A stretch of DNA of 63,121 bases, filler included, from Cercozoa sp. M6MM (lineage: Eukaryota; Protista; Endomyxa: Ascetosporea), in the NCBI GenBank assembly GCA_040357565.1. It is 6 parts of 6 records of this genome, joined end to end, with 100 filler letters (N's around TTAATTAATTAA, not from the genome) between each part and the next. Parts side by side here need not be neighbours in the genome. Positions count along the whole stretch, not along the records: positions 1 to 21,574 come from JBDODJ010000194.1; 5 more parts are not named here. One strand, written 5' to 3'. The notes beneath the pieces were generated by a model, which was given only the letters and a program-made list of their open reading frames with translations, was not told where the DNA came from and did no database searches. Of this stretch, positions 1 to 10,900 are shown piece after piece (position 1 is the first letter of the stretch; each line of letters begins with the position of its first letter). Both the position numbers and the translations under genes were made by a program.

Positions 1-50
1 TACCCCCCCCCCCCCCCGCGCCCCCTGCCCCCTTACCCCGCCCCCCTTAG

Positions 51-471
51 TTGAAGCAAGCTGAGGAGGAAGCGCGAACACTCGAATGCGTTGCCAAACA
101 GGTGTGTGTCTATACTCCCCCTTCCTCCCCCTCCCTATTGTCTGCAATAGAAGCAGGAGGAGCACGCGGTCGAACTGCAAGCAGCCGATGACGAGGCAGC
201 CATACTGGCCCAGCAGGCGCACACTTGTATGTTGTGCCCTGTCTGTCCTCCTCCCTGTCAGTCTGCACAGTCACTGTGCTGTGTATGTGTGTCTGTGTGC
301 ATGTACACAGTGCTGACACAAGTGATGCTGCCAACGACGCCTCCTGTGGCTGCCTCTGCACAGACAGGCAACGATGTTGCTAGTCTGGCCAGCAGTACCA
401 AGGTCTCCGCGTCTTCCGCCGACTCGGACGGCAACTCCGCCGATGACGCTGCTTCCACCACGTCCACCTGA
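51..471 (+). CDS. 3' part of a hypothetical coiled-coil/Ser-rich protein (5'-truncated, spliced)
   Basis: GT-AG-joined exons give LKQAEEEARTLECVAKQ|KQEEHAVELQ...|...DDAASTTST*. No recognisable domain. Confidence 0.5.
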
Positions 472-1170
472 CCTTGATGCAACCGACCTGAAGTACGGTA
501 GTTCGAGTGCTCCGAGGGTCACCCCGTCTGTCTTCTCGTTCCCTCTACTACCAAGTAAGCGATACAATAGCACAGTCGAGTTCGTTGATTAGATACTGTC
601 GTGTACGACTTCTCCAGCTCCCACCTGGGGGAGTGCATAAGGGGAGTGGCTCAGGACTGGTGCAGGGGAACTACATAGTGTTACGGTATGGAAACCAGTA
701 TCCAAGGTACTGAAGACGACTAAATAAAGGAACTAAATAGAAACGCTATGCCGTAACAATAGTTTCTAGTTTCTTAGTAGACCAGACTGAACTAATTCAA
801 TACTCGGCGCGACGGCGATACGGTAAGCGCAGCACTACCATCATGGACAGTGTCTGGGAAACAAAGGGGAGTAGGACGGTCCTTGTCCTCTGCGGGTGGT
901 AGATGGCCGTATGTCCTAACGGCGATCATCGTGCGTTCGCGCGCCTGACAGTGTGCGCCTGTGAACAGACATACAATTTAAACTGGTACTATCCCCGTAC
1001 AGTCGAACAGTAGTGTATAGTGTAGTTCAGTTGGATGACTAGTGTTAATCAACGTTGATTTAGTCTTCAGCAGGCAAAGATATCAATTTAAATAAACACT
1101 GGTAGAACATTAAATTTTATTCGTCGCTTCGCGCAGACGAGAGCTCGGGTTCATCGCGGTCGGTTTAAAC

Positions 1171-2042
1171 TTACATAACAGAACAAGCAGTGCGCTTCTT
1201 CTTGAGCCTGCGACCTTTCTCGCGGAACTCGAGACCTTGTTGAACGACCTCGTTAAACAATGTTGACAGGCCTTCTTGCGTCAGAGCCGAGCACTCCATG
1301 TACTACGAGGCATGATAAATTTAGTTAACTGGGGGGGGGGGGTTGTGCACTCAAACAAAGAAACAGCTAAAGGTACCTTTCCGCCGAAGCGTTCCGCCAG
1401 TTGGGCGCCCTCTGCAGCCTCGATGGGCGTCTGTCCCTTCGCGTGCAACTGCTGCCGAATGTTGGCGTCGTCGCGCAGGTCGGTCTTTGTGCCCACCAGC
1501 AGCAACGGCGTGCGTGGACAGTGATGACGCACCTCGGGAATCCTGTAGCACAAACCCATGCTTTGCACGAGATTGCTTGAGATAGAAGCCGAGGGGGGGG
1601 GGGGCACATACCACTTTGCGGACACATTCTCGAACGAGCTTCTCGACGTCACGCTAAAGCAGACGAGCATGACGTCCGTGTTCGGGTAGGACAGTGGGCG
1701 CAAACGGTCATAGTCCTCTTGTCCGGCCGTGTCCCACAGGTTGAGGCTAATTGGCTTGCCGTTCATCATCAGATTAGCGCAGTAGTTGTCTAAACAACAA
1801 GGAATACAATTATCGATCTGTAGACAGTACACAGGTATAACACACCAAACACTGTCGGAATGTAGTCCACGGGGAAAGCGTTCTGGGCGTACGAAATCAG
1901 CATGCAAGTCTTTCCGGTGGCGCCATCACCGACAACCTATAGCACACCGTGTCGCTCTCCCAACCCCCCACCCCCCGCCCCCCCACCCCGCCCAGAACCG
2001 AGCTGCGTGAAACCAACTTACAACAGCCTTGACGTTCTGCAT
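1171..2042 (-). CDS. rac: Rac-like Rho-family small GTPase (5 exons)
   Basis: Spliced product MQNVKAV|[16 protein letters not shown]...YIPTVF|DNY...[18 protein letters not shown]...VGTKTDLR...YMECSA...[10 protein letters not shown]. It has G1-G5 boxes, a polybasic region and a CAAX box. Confidence 0.96.
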
Positions 2043-2351
2043 AGTTTGGGTTGGTGAAAAAAAAACTCCAGAAGCGAGGTGAGCAAAAAGTGAATGAGCG
2101 TGCGTGCGTATGCAGTGCGGTAGACAGGAGAAAAGTGTTTTAGTTGCGTTGTCGAAGTGTATACGAACCTTCCGTGAAACTTGCGTGAAACTGCTGCGAA
2201 CCTTACCCAGTTGTTCTGGTATTGTTCTTTTGATTTTCCCGAAAAAACTGCCGGGCTTGCTGATACTGTAAGCAGTCACCCCCATTTTTTGGGAACGTTT
2301 TGGACTTTAAATACAGGACAAGCACTGAAACTGCAAGTACAAGTTTAGTCA

Positions 2352-3939
2352 ATGTTTCCTCGTCGGCCCAGGCCAGCACGCGCTGAAATTCGGGTGGGAA
2401 ATTACAGATTGTTTTGTTCATGTTATTGTTCCCGGTTGTTGATGTCTGTTCTTGTTGTTTAGCCACTGCGTCATCGCTGTAAGACTGAGTTATTGTTGTT
2501 ACCTTTGTGCATGTGGGCTTATTAATAACCTCTGTAGCCTCAGCAAGTTCGTACTTCTACATCGGTAAAAAAGGAGCTAACTGGTTTGACTTGTTTGCAG
2601 GTTTGTCTGATGTACCTCAATTGTAGGACAAGATGCACCTTCGCACGCGCAGTTGGCGTTGGTGTCCTTATTGGACGAGAGTGAGGAAGATAACGTCGGT
2701 GAACTTGTGCATCTCGTGGCACAGGATGCCGTCGTTGTGCCAGAAGATTATGTATCAACACTCTCTCGTTTAGCACTGAAAAATGAAGAGTTTGTGGAAA
2801 TGCTAGCACGCCTTGTTGTGACAGAATCCAGAGGAACTCGGCTTAGATTATGACGACACTCTTCCGGAGCACGAGAAGGCTGTGTCTGTGCCGATTCACA
2901 AAACACTGTTGCGTGCACACTCGTACCCCCACCCAGTTTCTATATACACAAGCACCGTAGCGTTGTCCGCTCGATAGGTCCGCTTTGTGGCGACTGGCTA
3001 AACTAGAGTGCAAAAACGACTTGTATCGTGTTGCAGTGCATCGTTACACTGCCAAGACTTTGAAACAAGTGGCCAACTTCATCTACTATGGTACACTTAC
3101 GCACCTTTCTGCTTGTGTGCACCGAGTGGAAGTTGACGTGTCATTCAGGTGGCGTTGAACTCGACACGTTGAGCGAACTGCTCGCTGTCTTGGCGTTTGC
3201 TGACGAGTTTCAGTGGTACCAAATACATGCATTCTCTTTATTCGACCCGAGTAAATACAGTGTACATAATGTCCTCCCAAGTACAGTCAGGCACTCTTTG
3301 TGTCGTGTGCCAAGGAACTAATGAACGACCCGTCGCGCTACAAGGCGCACATTACCAAGGTCTACAGCGCGTTGACCAGCATGCTGGCGGGCACATTGGC
3401 CGAGGAAGGCGCGCAGCTCGACGTCGTCTCGAACGTGCCGCCGCCGGCCTTGCAAACGCAGTCGCCCTCGCGTGCCCGCCTGCTGCAGGACATTCGCCGC
3501 GCAGCGTACTTGCACAACACTGTTCCTCCTTGTGTTGAGGCTACAGTGCACCATACTTCAGTTGTGTTGTTTCAGTACGGAAAACGTGCAGACAGTGCGC
3601 TCGAGGAACCCGTGCCGGCGCCAGTTCCGTTTGACGTGCAACTCGCTGCGACTGCTGCGCGAAGACTTGCAAGACCAGCTGTTGAGGCAGGTTGGAGGTG
3701 TGTTCTCCAACACCGATCCATGTGCTTCTCTGGTCAACCTGGTACGGTGTTCACACTCTCATCTGCCCTTCCTTCCTCAAAATAACATTCCGAGGTGTTC
3801 ACAGAGTACGATCGCGCGTCGTGCCTTGTTGCAAAATGCGTTCCAGCAATCAAAGCCGCAACATACTGAGTCTTTGTTCTTTGGCTCTGCTGTCGATTCA
3901 AAGCTGCAGAAACTGTTGACGTCTTTGGTAAATTCACAC

Positions 3940-3991
<52 letters not shown>

Positions 3992-5175
3992 ATACCGCCC
4001 ATACAACTACTTGTCCGCACACACTGTACTGGTTACACATTGTACTACGCGCTGTGTGTTGTAGTTGCTGTTGGAGGTGGCAGCCAGGTCGCACACTCAG
4101 TCACATGACATGACTGGCATGTGGTACTCCCTTCATGTCTAGCAAGTACTCACAGTATACAAAGGATGTGCTGACACACAGGATGCACATGCTGCACAAC
4201 ATTCGTCAAGGCGACCTCCATGTCGACATGTCTGATGAGGTGTTGCAGGCAGTGCGACAGCACATGCACGAAGCTTGCGACGCCGTCTACCCGCGCGTTG
4301 ACTGGCTCTCGTTTTTTTGCGTTTCCACGAGGCAGACTGTATGGGCCTATTTGCAACACCTTGCGACACCGACATATTGATGGGATGGCCTTTATTTTTG
4401 ACAGGTTCTGGTGCCACTAGGCCTGGCCCCGTCCCTCAAGACCGAGGATATCATTCAGCACTACCTGCAGCGTTCTGTACAAGAGGTAGTCTGTGTGAGA
4501 ACTGTGATATCACTTTCATCAGTGTCTACTGTATGGTCACTTGCAGATGCTCGGCTTCGTTCCGACAGCTGCAGCACCGTGTCCGCCTCGTCCGCCGAGT
4601 ACCGGAGGTACCTTGATTGGCATTACCCCATCTTATTCACATGTCTACTTGACTTCAGGCCCCCCACCACCGCCACCGCCGCCGCTTCCTACTGCTGCTC
4701 AGGGTCGGCGTCGTGTACGTTCGCTTTCTCTCTTTGGTCAGAGGGATATGCTTGTATGTTACTGTATGTGTACGCGTAAGCAGAATGACCAAGGTGTGGA
4801 TCCTTTCTTTGTGAATCCTTTCTTTGTGCCTGCGCCGCCGCGTGTGGCTGCTGCTCCAGCACCGCCTCCGCCTCCACTCGCAGGCACGCTGGCCAACACA
4901 CTACGCACACGTCTCGCCGTTCGACGATCGGTGCTCTTCCTTGTCTTGACGCGATTCTACTTTGTTTTTTTACTTCAGTGTTGCTTTTGCAGGAGCTTGA
5001 ACGCGAGCCTATAAACCGACCCGACTTGCGCGACACCCTGCTCGGACAGATCTCGAATCGCTCGCGAAACTTCATTATGGGCAGGCGAACGCCCCGACGC
5101 GTCAATGAACGTGTGCTCGCGTCCTCAAGTACCGACGAGTGGTCTGAGACTGAAATTGATACTGACTCGGATTGA
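2352..5175 (+). CDS. Multi-exon BTB/POZ-domain protein with proline-rich and WASP C/A-like C-terminus
   Basis: In-frame splicing from ATG 2352. Exons at about 2826-3320 give VPIHKTLLRAHS...VANFIYYGGVELDTLSELLAVLAFADEFQ...LFVSCAKEL, a BTB signature. The C-terminus has poly-Pro runs, DPF/NPF, LANTLRTRLAVRRS and SSSTDEWSETEIDTDSD*. Confidence 0.7.
3944..3992. repeat. (CA)n microsatellite, intronic
   Basis: Direct reading of the sequence. Confidence 0.95.
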
Positions 5176-5491
5176 CCGGACGCCTGCACTGGCTTGCGTA
5201 GCGTAGTTCTTCGTTTAACATACGATAGCATCCGATCAGATCAGTGAGGGTACGGTATATATGTCGGGCTCGGCTGGATGCGTGTCGTATGTAACCGACC
5301 GATGTCAGATGTCAGTGTCGATGCCTTCACGTCATATTCCATCGTATCGTATGCGATGGTGGATTAAATAAAGATTATGCATGCAATTTTTGGTTAAAAG
5401 AGCCAGTGTAAATTTAAGTTTTACTGTCGGTGCTATGACAATTCGATTACAGTATATACACTGCCAGCTCATGCCGGTACAGTGCAGTGCG

Positions 5492-6480
5492 TTAGTGGTC
5501 GTAGGACGTCGATCGGGACGGAAGCATAGCTGGGACGCCAACGCTGGAGTCGTGGAAGTCGTCGCCACGAAAGGTGGCGTCATTCGCACTGGTCGCAGTG
5601 TGGACCGAGCGAGTAACTTTGCTGCGACTCGCATCGCTCATATGGCTTAGCGTACGTGACAGCGACTCCTTCAGCTCTTCGTTTTCTGTGTGCAGTCTCG
5701 AGATGACCGTCCGTTGTGCTTCTGCGAGCTCAGATTGCCTCTGAACTCATCAACACATATCCTGCACTCTTTCCACCCAAGTAGAACACTTTTGATTGTT
5801 CGAATACCTTTAACTGCTTGATGACCTTGCGAGCCTCAACCTCACGTTGTTTCAGAGTTTGCATTTGCAGCCTTTCGGTCACGACGTTGAGTCGCATCAC
5901 TCCGCATACGCCACTACGCTTGTTCATTCGATTGCCACTTTAGTTGAATAATAATTCATGGTGATATTACTCCTTGAGTAGTTGTGCCCGCAGTTGCTTT
6001 TCGACTGTCTTAAGCAGCTTTGCGATGGCAGTGGCGTGCGCGACGTGGTCACGTGGGTCTGTCCCCTCAATCGACCTTCCCAGGGTGTGGACTGCCTCTT
6101 GAATCGACTCGAAATCTAACAGGGCTGCGCTCCGCCCGCTTTTGTGAACGAAACGATAGGTCCATTGGTCCAGGGACATCATTGCCGGAGTGGCGCCGAC
6201 GAATACGCAATTCGTCGTTGAGTTCGATACTTTACAGTCGGTAACTGACTGTTCGTCTCCGAAGTCTGCTTTTTCGGAGAATCCCACAGTTGGTGTCAAA
6301 TCGATATCTACTTCAGCTTTTCGCAAAGCTGCTAACTTAAAGCATAAAGAGACGAGTTTGAGTGCATGGCACAGTTAACAAGCACGCAAAAACGACAATC
6401 GTGCTGAGGCACTAAACTTTGAGCTTCCTGCTCAGTTCGGTAAATTTAGAGATGTCCAGTTTGCGGCATCCGCGGGGAAG
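5492..6480 (-). CDS. Hypothetical coiled-coil protein (start codon unresolved)
   Basis: ORFs 5967-6326 and 5730-5927 plus a last exon RQSELAEAQRTVISRLHTENEELKESL...SYDH* can be joined by GT-AG introns. Confidence 0.55.
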
Positions 6481-6566
6481 AGTAAAAATGTTAGCATTTC
6501 TCCAAAAAAAAAAAACACACCCAACGCTTTCATTAGACCTCGGAAGACTCTGTATTCATTGCCAAG

Positions 6567-7642
6567 ATGAGCTATGCAACGATTCCTGTTACCCCGAAGC
6601 ATCAATTCTCTGGCGAGCGACTCCCAAGTCCGCCAGTCGCAAAACTCGACTCACTGTCCAAAGAGCATCGACTGAACCTGTACTTCAAGGCTTTTCAGAA
6701 GCAAGATCCTCACCACAGTGGGCGAATTTCGGTTTGGGGTCTGAAAAATGCGCTGTCTGAGCTTGGAATCAAGCCCACTGCGGTCACACTGTTCAACATT
6801 GTCGATGTGCGCAAAGAGGCAGAATCGCTATTTAGCTTCTGCGACTTTACCGAGTTTGTGACGATAATCGGCGACATTGACGCCAGCGAAGAGGAGCACA
6901 AGTCGAGCGTCCGTCGTGCCTACAACATGCTCGTAGAAAGCGCTGAGTTGGCGGTGCAGCAAAAGTCTGCCGGTATTCGAAAGGCGTCGGCAGAGAGCGC
7001 AGTGGGTGAAGCTGCACAGAAGACTCCGACTGCCAAGGTTGTGACGGGTGATGAAACAATGCCATTCAAGATTCCGCACCCAAGCACATACAGGTTTTGT
7101 CCACCTAAAACAGAACGCCAGGACTACAGTGGCGAAGCTTCACACAGCTTTCTTGATGTTGACAGTCTGCGCGAGACGATTGAAGCTCTAGGCTTACCAT
7201 TCGATCCCGACAATCAGATGATCGAGTTCGGAAATCCCGATTCGCTTTCGTTCGAGTCAGTTCCCGTCTCGTCCTTACATTAAGCTGTCAACTGAACTAA
7301 ACTGTATTGGTGCAGGGAGTTCTACTCGATAGTGTCGCGGGAGGCAGAGTTGAGCAAGGCGAAAGAGGAATCCGAGAAGACAGCTACTCGAACTGTCACA
7401 GAGCACCTTGTTCAATCCGCGAGCGGCAGCGCCGAAGTCGAGAGCTCGCCGGCCAAACAAGAGACTGATAGTTCGATACCCGCTGAAGAGCTACACAGCA
7501 AGGAGAATGCTGACCAGGTACCGCAATTGTCACTCTATATTGCTGCCCTTTTTACATAAACTTACACTCCGGCGGGAAGGACGAATCTGAGGGCCAGTCC
7601 GAAGAAGACGTTGACTCTAACGAACTGAAAAAGAACGAATGA
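6567..7642 (+). CDS. EF-hand (calmodulin/centrin-like) protein with acidic tail
   Basis: YFKAFQKQDPHHSGRISVWGLKNALSELG and CDFTEFVTII are degenerate EF-hands. Later exons give LSFEEFYSIV and DESEGQSEEDVDSNELKKNE*. Confidence 0.7.
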
Positions 7643-7921
7643 AAGAAGCTGCAAGGGCGTAGCTGGAAATATACTAAAAAATTGAAGCTGTGGTAGAGTC
7701 AGTCGTCTAACATAGTTTGAGAGTACAAGAAACTTCGTCGACTGTGGCCGTTGAATCAATTCAGGTGGATGCCGTCAATTGTTTTTGCATTCTGCATAAA
7801 TTACTCGCACCGTCACGGTGACGGTGTGCCGGTGTGGCAGCAGCATTCACCGGTAAACTTGGTGACGGTTATTGTCTGTTGCTCCTTCCGAATTCTCCAA
7901 AGGCTTCACCGCGCACTCAGA

Positions 7922-10900
7922 TTAACCGGCAAACTCCTGTCGAGAATGACTTCGCTTGATCCGGGCCAAATGAAGCACCTTCAATGTAAACACTCAGTTC
8001 CCCTCGTTGGATAATTTCAAGTTTCGAAAAGATGAAGTCAAAGGCGAAGCTTACGCGGTCACAATCAGCGCAGTAATGCTGCGCGCACTCGCGACATGAG
8101 ACTTGCGCAGCCAATTCTTCGCAGTAATCACACAGTACTACTGCTCCTTCGCTTGGAGCAGCTGGCGTCGCATGCACCGATACCGATTCCAGTGTCTGAA
8201 ACGTGAGACAGAAGGCGAGTATTGTGATGCGCGAATAGTGTGGGAGCATTGATGTTGTACATGAGAGCTGAGTTTAGGGTTTTTGTGGATGACGTCGCTG
8301 CATGGTAGGCACAGGTGCTGACTACACTGCGCACAGTAGACGCTGACCGAGTCTTCTTCACACTCGCCACAGACAGCGGGAACACTTGTCGCAGGTTTGC
8401 TGTTGGGTGTGGTGGTTAGGTTGACGTTGGTACTTTCGGCATGCACGTCTGATTTTAACGGTGCCTCGGCGATGTTCTCTGACTCAGATACACCATCAAC
8501 TCATATCGTACCCTAGCTTGGCAGTCAAAACAAACTATACCTCCTTCAGTGTCGACAATCTGCATCGTGATTGGCGTGTTGAACGACTGCTCCATCTGCC
8601 GTGCAGCAGCGTCCGAGAAACCGAACACTTGGAACACGATAGCGTCAGACACTAGCATCTTCATGTTCTCCTCGTCGATCGATGATAAGTGGAAACACTC
8701 CTCATACGTCCATGCAGGAGACGTCGACTTTCTCTCGCAACTTTCCGTCTCGTACTCCTTGCCGTTGAACTCATACGTCACGAAACAAAGGCTGGCGAAT
8801 TGCTACAACCACGGTGGTACAGAAATTGGGAAATGTGGTGAAAAAAATCTACCTCGGGAAGGTTTTCAGCACGCAGTATCCGCAGTCTGAATCGCACGTT
8901 GGCCCCAAGGATTTCGTCTGGAGAGTGCAGATAGTCGAGCTCGTCGCCGGTTTCGCCATCCTCTGGCCAGATTTCCACTCGCAAGTTTCCTTGTTGCTGG
9001 CCTACAGATGTGAACAGTGAACAATATAAGTTACGAAAATAAGTTGCAAAACTTATATGTAAATTATACCCAATCCGTTACCTTTAAAGTTGACGATGCA
9101 GAAGTCGTTTTCAATCTCGACAAGTTGCGACAGTGCTTTCAAGTAGCAGTAGGATCTGCCGATTTCAACCGGTCTACACATGGACATCATTTAAACAATA
9201 AAAGGAGATACCCTGCAAAAACGAAAGAAGGAGAGCCCACTCGGGAGGATCGTAGAAAGGGTCGTCGGCCTGTTCAAAGGTCAGAGGCTGGCCGGCATCG
9301 AGGACCTTGCTGCGACATGATTTAGCATGCTTCACCAGGAACAAATTTGAATTGTGGGCGAGGATAAAATTAGTACTGATAAACATCTCGCATGAGCACC
9401 AATCGATTCTATTTTCATCGGTTAGTATCCAATCTGCCAAACGAGCACGAGTGCAGAAAACATAGCGGTACCTCGAACTTCTCGGTACTCCAGTTCCAGG
9501 TCTGAGCATCGTTTTCGAGAGTAGAAGATACCTTGACGATAACTTGGATCGTTTTGAGGTGGCGCAGCTCGTCTGTTGGCTCGACGCAGACAGTTCGTGG
9601 CGCCTTGACTGTCATCTTGGCCTCAAACTTCAAGGCGCGACCGAGTTCGCTGCAATACGTGTTCGCTTCGTTTACAAGAGGAACGAGCTTGCGCAGTTGA
9701 TTCTCTAGCTTTCGCACTTCGCGCTTTCGTTTCTTTTGGTCAAGGAGAACTTGTTCAGTCACTGCAAAATAGCAAGAGTGATGAGGATCAAAAGCAAACT
9801 AAAATTGACTCATTGCGCATGAATTAAACATAAACTTAAGTTTAAACTTACATTCACGTTGACGTTCAACTTCGTTTTTCATGTTTGACTCTGCCGCGAG
9901 ATGTTCGTTCAACAAATCCTCTTGCTCCTGTAGTTCGGCGAGTTCCGCGGGACTCAGCTGCTCGCCATTTGCAATGCGGCGTTCAAACTCTGCGCGTCGA
10001 TTCTTGAGTGACTCTTGCGTGCGCACGCGCTCTTCCTTCAACTTCTCCTCCATTTCGCGTAGTTTTTGTTCAAGTTCGGCGCGCTTCTTCGCTTCGGCGG
10101 CTTCCATTTGTGCGAGTCGGTGCTCCATGACAGAGTCGTTGACGCCTGCGCCGATGCCTTGGTTAGAGTTGAACTCGGCAAGAGCGCGATCGTATGTCCA
10201 GCCTCGAGTTTCAGCACTTTCGTCTGCACTTTCTTCTGTTTCGTACTGTTTCCAAGGGGTGTCATCACACATGTGATCACCGGCGCCATGACAGAACTCT
10301 TTGAGCGTTGTTCCTTCACCGAGAGCACTTGCATTCACAAAGAGGAACATAAAGTTCGCTCCGAAAATGAGTCGGTCAAGGTGGTTGAGTTTGGCTCGCG
10401 ACTTCAACTGAATGCCGTTGAGGTAGACGCGCGCCTTCCCACACGGCTCCACTTCAACCTTCGTTGCTCCGCCTGTCGCAGTCAAGAAAAAGGTGCAATG
10501 ACGCGCGCGAATGTTCAAACCGTTCAGCACGATGTCTGGTTGTTCGGTTGCACTCATGCGACCCAGACGTAGCTCTTCTTTTCGCAAAGGGTAGGCGACA
10601 GTGCGAGTCAACTGATCATCCTCGTGCAAGTTCAGCAAGAAAGGGCACTTTTGTTCGGTTTCGTCTGCCGCGCGCAGGTGACTGAAGTCGATGGAACCAT
10701 CCGAAATCCCTGCTTGGCTCTGCTGGAGCGCTGTTGTTTGCTCCTGCAGTATATAAATAAGACACGAAGCAAAATGCACGTACAGTATGGGACACTTACG
10801 CTCGCTTGGGCAATACGTTCTTCCCAGGACATTTTCATGTTTTCGATCAACTTTTGGTTCTCTTCCATGGCCTTCCGCATCTCTTCTTCGTGCTGCTTCT

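Noticed and set aside
893-913. 5S rRNA-like 5' words on the minus strand
   Set aside because: The similarity stops after about 18 nt, with no internal control boxes or 3' stem, so it is not called as rRNA.
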